This document shows positions 50,087 to 59,966 of a stretch of 64,000 nt of DNA, in pieces. The notes beneath the pieces are model-generated. The model saw only the letters and a program-made list of their open reading frames with translations. It was not told where the DNA came from and searched no databases. Positions within the stretch are counted from its first letter, which is position 1, and each line of letters opens with the position of its first letter. A program made the translations under genes and the position numbers. Source of the DNA: an uncultured Gemmatimonadota bacterium (GTDB lineage: Bacteria > JAAXHH01); the NCBI GenBank assembly GCA_951812955.1, contig OX638340.1, positions 864,001 to 928,000 of the forward strand. The letters are read 5' to 3'.

Positions 50087-50434
50087 ATGCCCGTCAACGA
50101 GATGATCCATACCATGCTGGAGGAATTGCGGCAGATCGCCGACACGGAGGTTCACGTGGGCAAACCCCTACATATCGGGGATTCCTATGTGGTTCCGGTT
50201 TCCAGGCTGTCCCTGGGGTTCGGTGCCGGGGGGTTTGGCGGCGAGGCCGATCAGAAGAGGGGGGCGGGGGGCGGTGTATCGGTCGAACCGGTCGCGTTTC
50301 TGGTCATCCAACAGGATCGCGCGCAACTGCTGCATATGAATTCGCCCAGCAGTCCCATGGGCAAGCTGCTGGATATCATGCCGGACGTCATCGAGGAACT
50401 GAAGAAGTATACCAGAAAAGACGGCGATCAGTAG
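50087..50434 (+). CDS. YtfJ/GerW-family (sporulation-protein-YtfJ-like) protein
   Basis: 115 aa. VVPVSRLSLGFGAGGFGGE...GGGVSVEPVAFLVI matches the glycine-rich GerW/YtfJ signature. Confidence 0.6.
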   Translation: MPVNEMIHTMLEELRQIADTEVHVGKPLHIGDSYVVPVSRLSLGFGAGGFGGEADQKRGAGGGVSVEPVAFLVIQQDRAQLLHMNSPSSPMGKLLDIMPDVIEELKKYTRKDGDQ

Positions 50435-52422
50435 ACCAGAGGCGCTACGGTCTTCGAAATCAGCGCGACGGCTACCGTGGCCATGCCGACCAATCCCGTG
50501 CCACAGGCATATCCGGCCGCGAGCACGGGCGTGTACCGCATCCATCTTTGCCTGCCGAACTTCCTTTCCATGTAGAACCTGCCCAGCAGTGCGCCGAAAA
50601 ACTGGGGAATGAAGGCGTGGGGCACCGTTCCCACGCTGGCGATCATACCGAAAATAAGCATGACAGGTAGATTGAAGGCTGCCAGGACGGCGTAGGCCAA
50701 TACGCCGAAAGCTGCGCCGCCTATCATGTAGGGGATTTTCAGCGCTTCGATCAGGTAGCTGGACTCGAATCCCGACCCGGCCGTGCTGGAATACCACAGC
50801 GCCTGCATCGTGGCCTGCTGCTGCCAGAACTTCTGCGCGTAGGGATAGGCCTGAGACGGAATAGGCGCGAGCCCCCAGACGAAGTGCCAGAACAGGAGAC
50901 TGCAGACCAGCAAAACGGGGATCATGACCAGCTCGGCCTTCAGCACGCTCGTGAACCGTGTTCCGGTGAGCTCGACTTCTCTAAAGGCCTGGGCCTGCCC
51001 CCCGTAGTTGAAAATCGGAATGGGCGCGAACCAGATGTCCACCCCCTTGTAGCCGCTGAGGATAAACGTGGCTTCCTTAATGAGGGGGAACTGCAGGTCG
51101 GCGCCCGTGATCGCGCGCAGGCGGGCGCTCGCGTACGAACTGATTGGCGTGTAAACGAACCCGTAGAACACGAAAAAGAGGATGGGGAACCCGGGCACCA
51201 GGCGCCAGCTCAGTACGACGTACCCAACTGTCAGAAGCAGAAAAGCGCCTAGAATCAGGGAGAAGGGAAAATCCCCCCTGCCGGTCGGCGTGGCGTTCCC
51301 GCTTGCAGATCCGCCCTTCGACTCTTCGCGCCCTTTTCCGCTCTTCCTTTTCCTGAGCCCGGCCAAAATGCTCCACCCGCCGATCAGCGCGACGGCTAAG
51401 CCCGTGCCGATGCGTACGCTCATCCAGAAATCGATATCGTTGACCAGCGTGGTCTGGATGGCGTCCATGCCCGGCGACCACGTACGCAGTATATTCAGAT
51501 CGTAGAGCAGCGGGTTGAGGACCACGGTAAGCAAAGCCCCGATGGCGGAACCGACCACGATCCAGAATGGCAGGACAAACCCCGTCAGCACTGGTCCCAG
51601 TCCCAGCTCGACCGCCATGGCCGCGGCCGGCAGAATGTTCTCGGTATTGCGCGTCAGGTCTGCAAAGGGAATGGGAATCAGTGTGATCGGTTCGGCCAGC
51701 AGCGCGCCCGTGACTGCCGGTATGCCGATATAGAACGCCCCGAATACGAGTCCCAGCATGGCCCCGATGCTGAATGCGCGCCAGCGCCATGATTCCTGTC
51801 CCGCCGAACTCTCCGCCAGGGCCGTGGCGCCTTCCGCCTGGATAGGAGCCAGGGGAAAGGGAAGGCGTTCCACGTCGGCCGTAACGCGGAATAATCCGTA
51901 ACCCAGCGTAAAGGCGCTCGCCCGGTTGAAGATGTGGAGCACGGCGACGAGCAGTATCGGCACGAGCCATTCCCCGTGCAGCAGCGTGCGGAGCACGATG
52001 GCTTCGGAGTCTCCACCGGGAGAGATCCACGAGGGAATCTGTTCGTCGATGCCGAAAGCCCGGGCTCCGGGGGACTGGACGAAGTACTGGTACCAGATCA
52101 GCTGGGCAAAGGGGCCCCCTGAAAGGGCCAGGCCCACGCCGGCGGTGAGGCTGGCCGCCACGTAGTACAGCATGTAAATTTCCTGGCGGCTGAGCTTGGT
52201 GAAGGACCGGCGCGCGACCTCGATAAACAGGATGATCGTGGTCCACTCCGCCGCGGGCCCCAGGCTCTGTCCGGCGATCAGGTTCAGGTAGATCGAACCG
52301 GGGATCATGAACAGCCCGAGAAAGACGATCCCAATGACCGTCTTTACGTTGAATCCTTCCTCGTAGACCTGGGGATGGTCGGAAAAGGCGGAGGTTGGCA
52401 GGTCGTCCTTAACTAGGGTCAT
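50428..52422 (-). CDS. Polytopic membrane transporter, OPT (oligopeptide transporter) family-like
   Basis: 664 aa with at least 14 hydrophobic segments. The N-terminal pattern (TVIGIVFLGLFMIPGSIYLNLIAGQSLGPAAEWTTIILF) resembles bacterial OPT proteins. Overlaps the ytfJ-like stop by 7 bp. Confidence 0.45.
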   Translation of the reverse strand: MTLVKDDLPTSAFSDHPQVYEEGFNVKTVIGIVFLGLFMIPGSIYLNLIAGQSLGPAAEWTTIILFIEVARRSFTKLSRQEIYMLYYVAASLTAGVGLALSGGPFAQLIWYQYFVQSPGARAFGIDEQIPSWISPGGDSEAIVLRTLLHGEWLVPILLVAVLHIFNRASAFTLGYGLFRVTADVERLPFPLAPIQAEGATALAESSAGQESWRWRAFSIGAMLGLVFGAFYIGIPAVTGALLAEPITLIPIPFADLTRNTENILPAAAMAVELGLGPVLTGFVLPFWIVVGSAIGALLTVVLNPLLYDLNILRTWSPGMDAIQTTLVNDIDFWMSVRIGTGLAVALIGGWSILAGLRKRKSGKGREESKGGSASGNATPTGRGDFPFSLILGAFLLLTVGYVVLSWRLVPGFPILFFVFYGFVYTPISSYASARLRAITGADLQFPLIKEATFILSGYKGVDIWFAPIPIFNYGGQAQAFREVELTGTRFTSVLKAELVMIPVLLVCSLLFWHFVWGLAPIPSQAYPYAQKFWQQQATMQALWYSSTAGSGFESSYLIEALKIPYMIGGAAFGVLAYAVLAAFNLPVMLIFGMIASVGTVPHAFIPQFFGALLGRFYMERKFGRQRWMRYTPVLAAGYACGTGLVGMATVAVALISKTVAPLVY

Positions 52423-52443
52423 GCCCTGGTTCTTTCGGAGGCG

Positions 52444-52980
52444 TTATGGATCCGGTGAGGTTTCGCCGGGGGCCTGCTTCAGCCAGACGTCCTCAACGTT
52501 GAACTGTCTTCCCGAGGAGTGTCGGATTACCATGGAGGTGCGAACCAGCCTCAGACCGTCGAAAGTGAAGCGGTCCTCGAACTGCTGGTTATCATCGGTT
52601 ATGAAGTAGAAGAAACTGTCCAGAACGCTCCACCGTCCGTTCTGGATACGGACGACCGTGGAATCCGATACAGCGGTCGTATCGACCTGGCCATATCGGC
52701 CGTTGACACTGAGGCGGAGCAGGCCCCGTACCTGGGGAGGAACCAGCACGGTTTGTTCCAGCACGCTTTCGGAATCGGTCTGCGGGGCAAAGTTGACCGT
52801 GCGGCTTTCAAGATCGTAGATTCCGACGAGGGGGCGGGCGATATTGCCGGGACCGACATTGTTTTCGGCGCACCCGGCGATCAACGCGCTCAAGAGCAAA
52901 CCGTAAGAAAGGATCTGCTTGATCAAGGTTTTCTCCGGCGGGTTGACCACGAAATCGCGCAATGCCCCTGGGCGTTCCAT
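52444..52980 (-). CDS. Hypothetical lipoprotein
   Basis: Hydrophobic signal region ending in a lipobox-like LIAGC. No recognizable domain. The true start may be internal. Confidence 0.4.
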   Translation of the reverse strand: MERPGALRDFVVNPPEKTLIKQILSYGLLLSALIAGCAENNVGPGNIARPLVGIYDLESRTVNFAPQTDSESVLEQTVLVPPQVRGLLRLSVNGRYGQVDTTAVSDSTVVRIQNGRWSVLDSFFYFITDDNQQFEDRFTFDGLRLVRTSMVIRHSSGRQFNVEDVWLKQAPGETSPDP

Positions 52981-53257
52981 CAGCGATCCGGACGATTTTA
53001 GATCAGGGCCGGCACGCCGGTCGGGGAACGCTTGAGATAATAGGCAAGCTCCACGGGGACGTCAAGCGATTACAGGTCCGTCCAACGGCATATTTCGCTT
53101 GACGTGCGCGGCCCGTCGGGTTAGAAGTGATGGGGTTTATCCGGCGGGATTCGCGTCGCCGGGTGGTGAATACGCTCCACGAAGGCGACGCCCGTTTCGT
53201 AACGAATTAAAGCGACGCCGGGCAATCCGTGCGCGTTTTCCGGTATCCTTTATTGCA

Positions 53258-54379
53258 ATGGAGAAACGAAATCCCATGTCAGCGTTCAGAGCGGGTATCA
53301 TCGGATGCGGCAACATCAGTAGTGTGTACTTCGAGGCGGGGCGTAAGTTCGAGGCTTTCGACGTGGTCGCATGTGCCGACATGGTCCCGGAACGGTCGCG
53401 GGCCAGGGCCGCCGAATTCGAGGGCGTGGAAGCCCGCACGGCCGAGGCCCTGCTAAACGATCCCGCCATAGAGATCGTCATCAACCTTACCATACCCGCC
53501 GCACATGCCGGAATCGCCCGGGCTGCTTTGGAGCACGGAAAATCGGTTTATACAGAAAAACCCATGGCGATCCGGAAAGAGGATGGGCGGGCCTTGCTCG
53601 ATCTCGCACGGAGATCGGGAAAACTGGTGGGCGGAGCGCCGGACACCTTCATGGGGGCCGGCATTCAGACCTGCCGAAAGCTCATCGACGACGGTTGGAT
53701 CGGCGAACCGGTGGCCGCCACGGCCTTTATGCTGAGTCCGGGACACGAGAGGTGGCATCCCGACCCCGGTTTCTTCTACAAGCCCGGCGCCGGTCCCATG
53801 CTGGACATGGGTCCGTACTACGTCACGGCGCTGGTCAATCTGCTGGGACCGGTCGCCCGGCTTACGGGCGCCACACGCATCACCCGTTCCGAGCGCACGA
53901 TAACGAGCGAACCTTTGTACGGAGAGAAAATAGAGGTCGAAGTGCCCACGCACCTGGCGGGCGTGATCGAATTCGAAAGCGGACCCATCGGGACGATCGT
54001 GACCAGTTTCGACGTGTGGCACCATGAACTGCCCCGCATCGAGATATACGGTACGGAGGGATCCCTGAGCGTACCCGATCCCAATTCGTTCGGCGGACCC
54101 GTGAAACTGCGCCGCGCCGGAGCCGAAACCTGGACGGAAATGCCCCTGAGCCACGGTTACGAGGAACAAAGCCGCGGGTTGGGCGTGGCGGACATGGTCT
54201 ATGCCCTGCGCTCGGGACGCCCGCACCGGGCCAGCGGCGAACTGACCTTTCACGTGCTTGACGTCATGCTGTCCATCGAGGAATCATCGGAGTCGGGACG
54301 GCATATTAACCTGGAAAGCACCTGTACCAGGCCGGCGCCCCTTCCGCTAGAACTGGCGCCTTACACCCTGGACCCATGA
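53258..54379 (+). CDS. Gfo/Idh/MocA family oxidoreductase
   Basis: [14 protein letters not shown] Rossmann motif and EKPMA motif. Start at MEKRN. Confidence 0.8.
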   Translation: MEKRNPMSAFRAGIIGCGNISSVYFEAGRKFEAFDVVACADMVPERSRARAAEFEGVEARTAEALLNDPAIEIVINLTIPAAHAGIARAALEHGKSVYTEKPMAIRKEDGRALLDLARRSGKLVGGAPDTFMGAGIQTCRKLIDDGWIGEPVAATAFMLSPGHERWHPDPGFFYKPGAGPMLDMGPYYVTALVNLLGPVARLTGATRITRSERTITSEPLYGEKIEVEVPTHLAGVIEFESGPIGTIVTSFDVWHHELPRIEIYGTEGSLSVPDPNSFGGPVKLRRAGAETWTEMPLSHGYEEQSRGLGVADMVYALRSGRPHRASGELTFHVLDVMLSIEESSESGRHINLESTCTRPAPLPLELAPYTLDP

Positions 54380-54410
54380 AGGAACACGGAAGCGGACCGG
54401 AAACGTAACC

Positions 54411-55319
54411 ATGCCCGATCATCCCGTAAGAAACCTGACCGATCTCCTGCCACGACTCGAACGGCTGATGGACCGCATCGAATCGCTCCTCTCCGCTTAT
54501 ACCGGAGGGTCGGGCAGCGAGTCCGGCGACGTCTATGCCGATTCGGTCGCATTCCAATGGCGGAAAAAGGGCGGAAAGGGATTCCTCGAACCGATCGTAC
54601 ACCCCGACCTGGCGGACCTGGGCGATCTCTTCGGCCTCGACCGCGAGATCGGGATCCTTGTCCGGAATACCCGCCAGTTCGTCCGGGGAATGCCCGCGAA
54701 CAACACGCTGATCTGGGGAGAACGCGGAACCGGCAAGTCCTCGGTGGTAAAGGGACTGCTGGCCCGTTTCGCCGGCGAGGGACTGCGCATGATCGAAGTC
54801 CGCAAGCAGGATCTGACGGATCTGCCCGAGATCGTTGAGATCCTGTGGGACCGCCCCGAGCGTTTCGTCCTGTTCTGCGACGACCTGTCCTTTTTGGATG
54901 ACGAATCCGTCTACCTCGAGCTCAAAGCGCTCCTCGAAGGCAGTCTTTCCGCCCGTCCCGACAACGTGCTCGTCTACGCCACGTCCAACCGCAGACACCT
55001 GATGTCGGAGAAGTTCGCCGACAACACGCCGCGATTCAGTCTGGACGACGACGAAATCCATCCACAGGAGACCGTGGAGGAGAAGGTTTCGTTGAGCGAC
55101 CGTTTCGGCCTCTCCATCGGATTCTATCGGATCACCCAGGACACCTATTTCGAAATCGTTCGCCATCTCGTCGATCAACGCGGAATCCATATCGACGGGG
55201 ACCTGCTGCGGCGGGAGTCCCTCCGGTGGGTGCAGCGCGCCAGCGGCCGTTCGGGCAGGGTCGCGCGGCAGTTCGTGGACGATCTGGAGGGGCGGCTCAA
55301 ACTGGGCGAATTGCCGTAG
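54411..55319 (+). CDS. DUF815-family AAA-like ATP-binding protein
   Basis: P-loop WGERGTGKSS and Walker-B-like FVLFCDDLSF. About 302 aa, a typical DUF815 layout. Confidence 0.7.
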   Translation: MPDHPVRNLTDLLPRLERLMDRIESLLSAYTGGSGSESGDVYADSVAFQWRKKGGKGFLEPIVHPDLADLGDLFGLDREIGILVRNTRQFVRGMPANNTLIWGERGTGKSSVVKGLLARFAGEGLRMIEVRKQDLTDLPEIVEILWDRPERFVLFCDDLSFLDDESVYLELKALLEGSLSARPDNVLVYATSNRRHLMSEKFADNTPRFSLDDDEIHPQETVEEKVSLSDRFGLSIGFYRITQDTYFEIVRHLVDQRGIHIDGDLLRRESLRWVQRASGRSGRVARQFVDDLEGRLKLGELP

Positions 55320-55364
55320 ATTCCGGTGCGCCTCAGCAATTCGGGAAGTGGTTTTCTTTCCCAC

Positions 55365-55438
55365 TTGACACCGTATTTGACACAGCCTAATTATGTAGAT
55401 CGTATTTTTGTATATGCGCGGATTGAACTCGCGCATAT
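55365..55438 (+). promoter_or_regulatory. AT-rich promoter region (two TTGACA boxes, TAATTA -10) followed by a perfect inverted repeat ATATGCGCG-N9-CGCGCATAT (candidate operator)
   Basis: TTGACA at 55365-55370 and 55377-55382. Palindrome arms at 55412-55420 and 55430-55438. This is a locally AT-rich stretch in a GC-rich genome, about 65 nt upstream of the coxM-like TTG start. Confidence 0.45.
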
Positions 55439-55503
55439 CCTGTACCTGATTTTCAGAATGATCACGCAGTTATCAGTTAAGGTCAACAGCAAAGGAGTGT
55501 GTC

Positions 55504-56376
55504 TTGCACGCATTCGACTATGCCACGCCGGAAAGCGTGGCCGATGCGGTGGTAATGCTCAGCGATCACGGGGAAAACGCCTGTGTGCTCGCGGGCGGAA
55601 CGGACCTGATCGTTCAGCTTCGGGAGAACCGGCGGCGTACCGACCTAGTGGTGGACGTCAAGAAAATCGCCGAACTGAACGCGTTGTCCTACAACGTCGC
55701 GACCGGTCTCACGATCGGAGCGGCCGTGCCCTGTTACCGGATCTACGGAGACGCGGAAATCGCAGCGGCCTATCCGGGACTCATGGACGCGGCGAAACTG
55801 GTAGGAGGCACGGGGATCCAGGGCAGGGCCAGCCTGGGTGGGAACCTGTGCAACGCATCCCCGGCGGGCGATACGATTCCCCCCATGATTGTCCTGGGCG
55901 GCGAGGCGGAAATCGCCGGTCCCGCCGGAACCCGGAACGTGGCGGTGGAAGACTTCTGTACGGCGCCCGGCCGCACCGTGCTGGCGGACGGCGAGTTCCT
56001 GGTGTCGCTCCGTTTCCCCGCGCCCGCGCCGAATTCCGGTGCGTTCTACCGGAGGTTCATCCCCCGCAACGAAATGGATATCGCCGTGGTGGGCGTCGGC
56101 GCGTCGGTGGTTCTCAGTGGCGACGGTTCTTCCTTCGTCTCCGCACGCATCGCCATAGGCGCCGTGGCCCCGACGCCGTTATTTGTAAGTGAAGCCGGAG
56201 CGGCCCTGGCCGGACAGCCCGTGTCCGACGAGTCGATCCAACGGGCTGCCGATATAGCCCGCGACGCGGCCCGGCCCATCAGCGACATGCGGGGTACCGC
56301 GGAATACCGAAAACATCTGACCAGCGTATTGACGCGCCGGGTTCTGCAGGGCGCGGTACAACGAGCCAAGGAGTAG
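55504..56376 (+). CDS. Molybdenum hydroxylase FAD-binding (medium) subunit, CoxM/XdhB-like
   Basis: FAD-binding domain with AGGTDL, C-terminal CO-dehydrogenase-flavoprotein-like domain. TTG start preceded by AAGGAG. Confidence 0.8.
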   Translation: MHAFDYATPESVADAVVMLSDHGENACVLAGGTDLIVQLRENRRRTDLVVDVKKIAELNALSYNVATGLTIGAAVPCYRIYGDAEIAAAYPGLMDAAKLVGGTGIQGRASLGGNLCNASPAGDTIPPMIVLGGEAEIAGPAGTRNVAVEDFCTAPGRTVLADGEFLVSLRFPAPAPNSGAFYRRFIPRNEMDIAVVGVGASVVLSGDGSSFVSARIAIGAVAPTPLFVSEAGAALAGQPVSDESIQRAADIARDAARPISDMRGTAEYRKHLTSVLTRRVLQGAVQRAKE

Positions 56377-56382
56377 CCGTCG

Positions 56383-56853
56383 ATGTCGAAAAAAGTACAC
56401 GTACAGACGAACATAAACGGAGAATCCGTCGATTTTCTTTGTGAACCGCGCAACAGCCTGCTCGAAGTACTGCGCGACGAGCTGGATCTCACCGGCGCGA
56501 AGGAAGGGTGCAACAACGGCAATTGCGGCGCCTGCAACGTGATCATGGACGGCAGGCTGGTCAATTCCTGCTGCGTGCTGGGCGTAGAAGCCGACGGTTG
56601 CGAGTTAACGACCATCGAAGGGGTCGGGTCGGCCGCTAACCTGCATCCGTTGCAGCAGAAGTTCCTGGAACACGCGGCGCTGCAGTGCGGCATATGCACG
56701 CCCGGGTTCATCGTTTCCGCCAAGGCCCTGCTGGACCGTAATCCGAACCCCTCCGAGGACGAGGTTCGCTACTGGCTGGCCGGCAATCTCTGCCGCTGCA
56801 CCGGATACGACAAAATCGTCCGCGCGGTCCTGGACGCCAGGAACGGCGCCTGA
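56383..56853 (+). CDS. Molybdenum hydroxylase (2Fe-2S)-binding small subunit, CoxS-like
   Basis: Two [2Fe-2S] clusters: CNNGNCGAC(x)C and CGICTPG...CRCTGY. Confidence 0.88.
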   Translation: MSKKVHVQTNINGESVDFLCEPRNSLLEVLRDELDLTGAKEGCNNGNCGACNVIMDGRLVNSCCVLGVEADGCELTTIEGVGSAANLHPLQQKFLEHAALQCGICTPGFIVSAKALLDRNPNPSEDEVRYWLAGNLCRCTGYDKIVRAVLDARNGA

Positions 56854-56946
56854 CCCGTCGCCTGACCCGTAACGATCGGCGCGCGTCTGCTCAGGGAACG
56901 CGGCCGGAAATGGCCAAATTGGAATGACTAAACGGAGGTAAGAAAC

Positions 56947-59223
56947 GTGTCACAAAACGGACATAAAGTCATCGGCACCCGTCCAATACGCCATGACGGG
57001 GTGGATAAGGTTACCGGCCGGGCGATCTACGGCGCCGATATACAGCTGACGGGCCTGCTTTATGGCGCAATAAAGCGCAGTCCCCACCCGCATGCGCGGA
57101 TCAAGCATATCGACACGAGCCGGGCGGAGGCCCATCCTGGGGTCCGGGCGGTAGTCACAGCCCACGACCTTCCTCAGATCGCCGACAAGATCGCCGATCT
57201 GGGCGAAGCGATCGTCAACCTGCGCGATTCCAGCAATAACGTGCTGGCCTATGGCAAGGTGCTTTACAAGGGCCATGCCGTCGCCGGCGTCGCGGCAATC
57301 AACCTGCACGTCGCCCAGGAAGCGGTGGAACTGATCGACGTGGAATACGAACTGCTGCCCCACGTGACGGGCGTACTGGAGGCCATGGAAGACGGCGCCC
57401 CGATCTTGCACGAGGACATGAAGACCACGTCCATGGGCGAGGAAACGGACAAGGTCAGCAATATCGCCAACCACTTCCAGCACAAGATGGGCGAGCCGGA
57501 CGACGGTTTTGCCGAAGCCGACGTGGTGATCGAGCGCGAATTCACGACGCAGACCGTCCACCAGGGCTATATCGAGTCTCATAACGCCACGGCGCTCTGG
57601 AACGAAGAAGGCCAGCTCACCGTCTGGACGAGTACGCAGGGCGCTTTTGCCGTACGGGATCAACTGGCCGAGATCCTCCAGATGCCCGTTTCGAAGGTCA
57701 AGATCGTACCCCTGGAGATCGGCGGCGGATTCGGAGGCAAGATTTCAGTTTACCTGGACCCGGTCGCCGCGCTGCTTTCGAAGAAGACGGGGCATCCCGT
57801 AAAGATGACGATGACCCGCGACGAGGTATTCGAAGCAACGGGCCCGACGCCGGGTTCCTACCTGAAGGTCAAGATGGGCGCCACCAGCGACGGACGGCTT
57901 ACGGCCGCCACGGCGTACATGGCCTACGAGGCCGGTGCCTATCCCGGCTCACCGGTCGGCGCGGGCGCGGGCTGCATATTCACGCCCTACGACATACCCA
58001 ATGTGCAGATCGACGGGTACGACGTGTGCGTAAACAAGCCCAAGACGAACGCCTACCGCGCGCCCGGGGCCACCAATGCGGCCTATGCGTCCGAAACGGT
58101 CGTGGACGAAATATGCGAGAAAATCGGCATGGACCCACTCGAGTTCCGGGTGAAGAACGGCGCGAAGGAAGGTGGTCGCCGGGCCGACGGTCCCGTGCAT
58201 CCGCGCATCGGCTGCATCGAGACCACCCAAGCCGCGCTCAACAGCGAACACTACCAATCCACGCTCGAGAAGACGGCGAACGGCAAGGTACGCGGACGGG
58301 GCGTAGCATCCGGTTACTGGTTCAACTTCAACGGCGGAAGGTCGGCCATCTCGGTAAGCATCAATCCCGACGGCACCATCAACATGCTCGAGGGTTCTAC
58401 CGATATCGGCGGGTCACGGGCATCCATCGCCATGCAGCTGGCCGAGACCATCGGTCTTGAAGCAACCGACATCAAGCCCTACGTGGTGGATACGGACTCG
58501 ATCGGCTACACCGACGTGACCGGCGGCAGCCGCACCACCTTCGGAACGGGCTACGCCGCCCACGCCACGGGCCTGGCCCTCATACGCGAAATCAAGGAGA
58601 GGGCGTCGAAGCTCTGGGACGTGCCTGCCGACGCCATCGACTTCGCCGACGGGGTCTTCTCCTACAAGGACGACGCGGAAAAGCGGGGCACCTTCAAGGA
58701 GGTTGCCAGCCAGGCCGGCGACGCCGGCGGTCCCGTGGTCGCCCAGGTCAGCACGAATCCCGACGGCAGCGGCGGCGGCGCCTTCGCCACCCACGTCGTC
58801 GACGTGGAAGTCGACAGGGAAACGGGCAAGGTGGACATACTCCGCTATACCGCGGTCCAGGACGCCGGAACGGCCATTCACCCAAGCTACGTGGAAGGCC
58901 AGATGCAGGGCGGCGTGGTGCAAGGCATCGGCTGGGGTCTCAACGAGGAGTACATCTACAACGACGAAGGCTCCATGACCAACGCCAGTTTCCTGGATTA
59001 CCGTATGCCCACGACGCTCGACCTGCCCATGATCGAGACGATCATCGTGGAAGTGCCCAACGAGTCCCATCCCTACGGCGTGCGGGGCGTCGGTGAAGTG
59101 CCGATCGTACCGCCTCCGGCCGCTCTCTCCAACGCGATCTACGACGCGACGGGCGTAAGGCTGCGTGACCTGCCCATGTCCCCGCCCCGGGTACAGAAGG
59201 CCGTAGCGGAGAACGGCGGGTAA
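56947..59223 (+). CDS. Molybdenum hydroxylase molybdopterin-binding large subunit (xanthine dehydrogenase/aldehyde oxidase family; not form-I CODH)
   Basis: 758 aa. The active-site loop reads KTNAYRAPGATN rather than VAYRCSFR (form I CODH) or AYRGAGR (form II). GTG start after GGAGGT. Confidence 0.8.
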   Translation: MSQNGHKVIGTRPIRHDGVDKVTGRAIYGADIQLTGLLYGAIKRSPHPHARIKHIDTSRAEAHPGVRAVVTAHDLPQIADKIADLGEAIVNLRDSSNNVLAYGKVLYKGHAVAGVAAINLHVAQEAVELIDVEYELLPHVTGVLEAMEDGAPILHEDMKTTSMGEETDKVSNIANHFQHKMGEPDDGFAEADVVIEREFTTQTVHQGYIESHNATALWNEEGQLTVWTSTQGAFAVRDQLAEILQMPVSKVKIVPLEIGGGFGGKISVYLDPVAALLSKKTGHPVKMTMTRDEVFEATGPTPGSYLKVKMGATSDGRLTAATAYMAYEAGAYPGSPVGAGAGCIFTPYDIPNVQIDGYDVCVNKPKTNAYRAPGATNAAYASETVVDEICEKIGMDPLEFRVKNGAKEGGRRADGPVHPRIGCIETTQAALNSEHYQSTLEKTANGKVRGRGVASGYWFNFNGGRSAISVSINPDGTINMLEGSTDIGGSRASIAMQLAETIGLEATDIKPYVVDTDSIGYTDVTGGSRTTFGTGYAAHATGLALIREIKERASKLWDVPADAIDFADGVFSYKDDAEKRGTFKEVASQAGDAGGPVVAQVSTNPDGSGGGAFATHVVDVEVDRETGKVDILRYTAVQDAGTAIHPSYVEGQMQGGVVQGIGWGLNEEYIYNDEGSMTNASFLDYRMPTTLDLPMIETIIVEVPNESHPYGVRGVGEVPIVPPPAALSNAIYDATGVRLRDLPMSPPRVQKAVAENGG

Positions 59224-59271
59224 GTGCTGGGAGCAGGGTGAAGGAAAGCGTTTCAGATGTGAAATATGAAA

Positions 59272-59301
59272 GGGCGGGAGAGTCATCTTCCCGCCCTTTC
59301 G
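59272..59301 (+). terminator. Rho-independent terminator hairpin after the large subunit (GGGCGGGA-N9-TCCCGCCC followed by TTT)
   Basis: Perfect 8-bp GC-rich stem read directly, flanked by an A-tract upstream and a short T-tract downstream. Confidence 0.5.
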
Positions 59302-59379
59302 CATTGACGGTAAATGAAGCCCGGTCTTTTGGTAGACCCTCAATTATCCGACGATTTCGGAACTGCGGAAAGAAAACCC

Positions 59380-59652
59380 ATGGCGACCATCTACATCCCG
59401 TCCCTCATGCGCGATCTGACCGGCGGCATGGAGGTCATCCAGATTGAAGGGGCCGATATGCGGCAGATCATCGCCAACCTGGAGGCGGCCTACCCCGGAT
59501 TTAAGCAACGCCTGCTGGAGGAAGGTACGCAACGCATCAAACCCAACATCGCCGTCATGATAGACGGCCGGAACGCCCGCCGCATCCTGATCGACAAGGT
59601 GAACGAAAACAGCGAGATACACTTCCTGCCTGCGATCAGCGGGGGAAGTTGA
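59380..59652 (+). CDS. MoaD/ThiS-family ubiquitin-like sulfur-carrier protein ending ...GGS
   Basis: About 90 aa beta-grasp-like sequence ending AISGGS*. Start at MATIYIP. Confidence 0.55.
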   Translation: MATIYIPSLMRDLTGGMEVIQIEGADMRQIIANLEAAYPGFKQRLLEEGTQRIKPNIAVMIDGRNARRILIDKVNENSEIHFLPAISGGS

Positions 59653-59653
59653 T

Positions 59654-59920
59654 ATGCGTCTTCCCGTTCGCGTATATCCCAGGGCAGGACGTAACGAAGT
59701 GGCGCGGAACGACGACAGCAGCCTTTCCGTCCGGGTCACGGCCGTGCCGGAGGACGGTAAGGCCAACGCCGCATTGCTGGAGTTGCTGGCGGATCGGCTG
59801 AAAATCCCCCGGTCCAGCATCCGCATTGTCAGGGGACGACGGACACGCGACAAGGTCGTGCAGTTGGATGGTCTGACCAGTGAGGATCTTACGCGTCTGG
59901 CAGGATCGGCGGGTCGATAA
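59654..59920 (+). CDS. DUF167 (YggU-like) protein
   Basis: 88 aa. RVTAVPEDGKANAALLELLADRLKIPRSSIRIVRG matches the DUF167 core. Confidence 0.65.
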   Translation: MRLPVRVYPRAGRNEVARNDDSSLSVRVTAVPEDGKANAALLELLADRLKIPRSSIRIVRGRRTRDKVVQLDGLTSEDLTRLAGSAGR

Positions 59921-59966
59921 GGGCTGCGGATGGTTTACGGGCCGTGTCGGATACACGGTCGTGCAG

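Noticed and set aside
55504-59223. Annotating the coxMSL-like operon as aerobic carbon monoxide dehydrogenase
   Set aside because: The large-subunit active-site loop reads AYRAPGATN, not VAYRCSFR (form I) or AYRGAGR (form II). Only a generic xanthine-dehydrogenase-family call is supportable.
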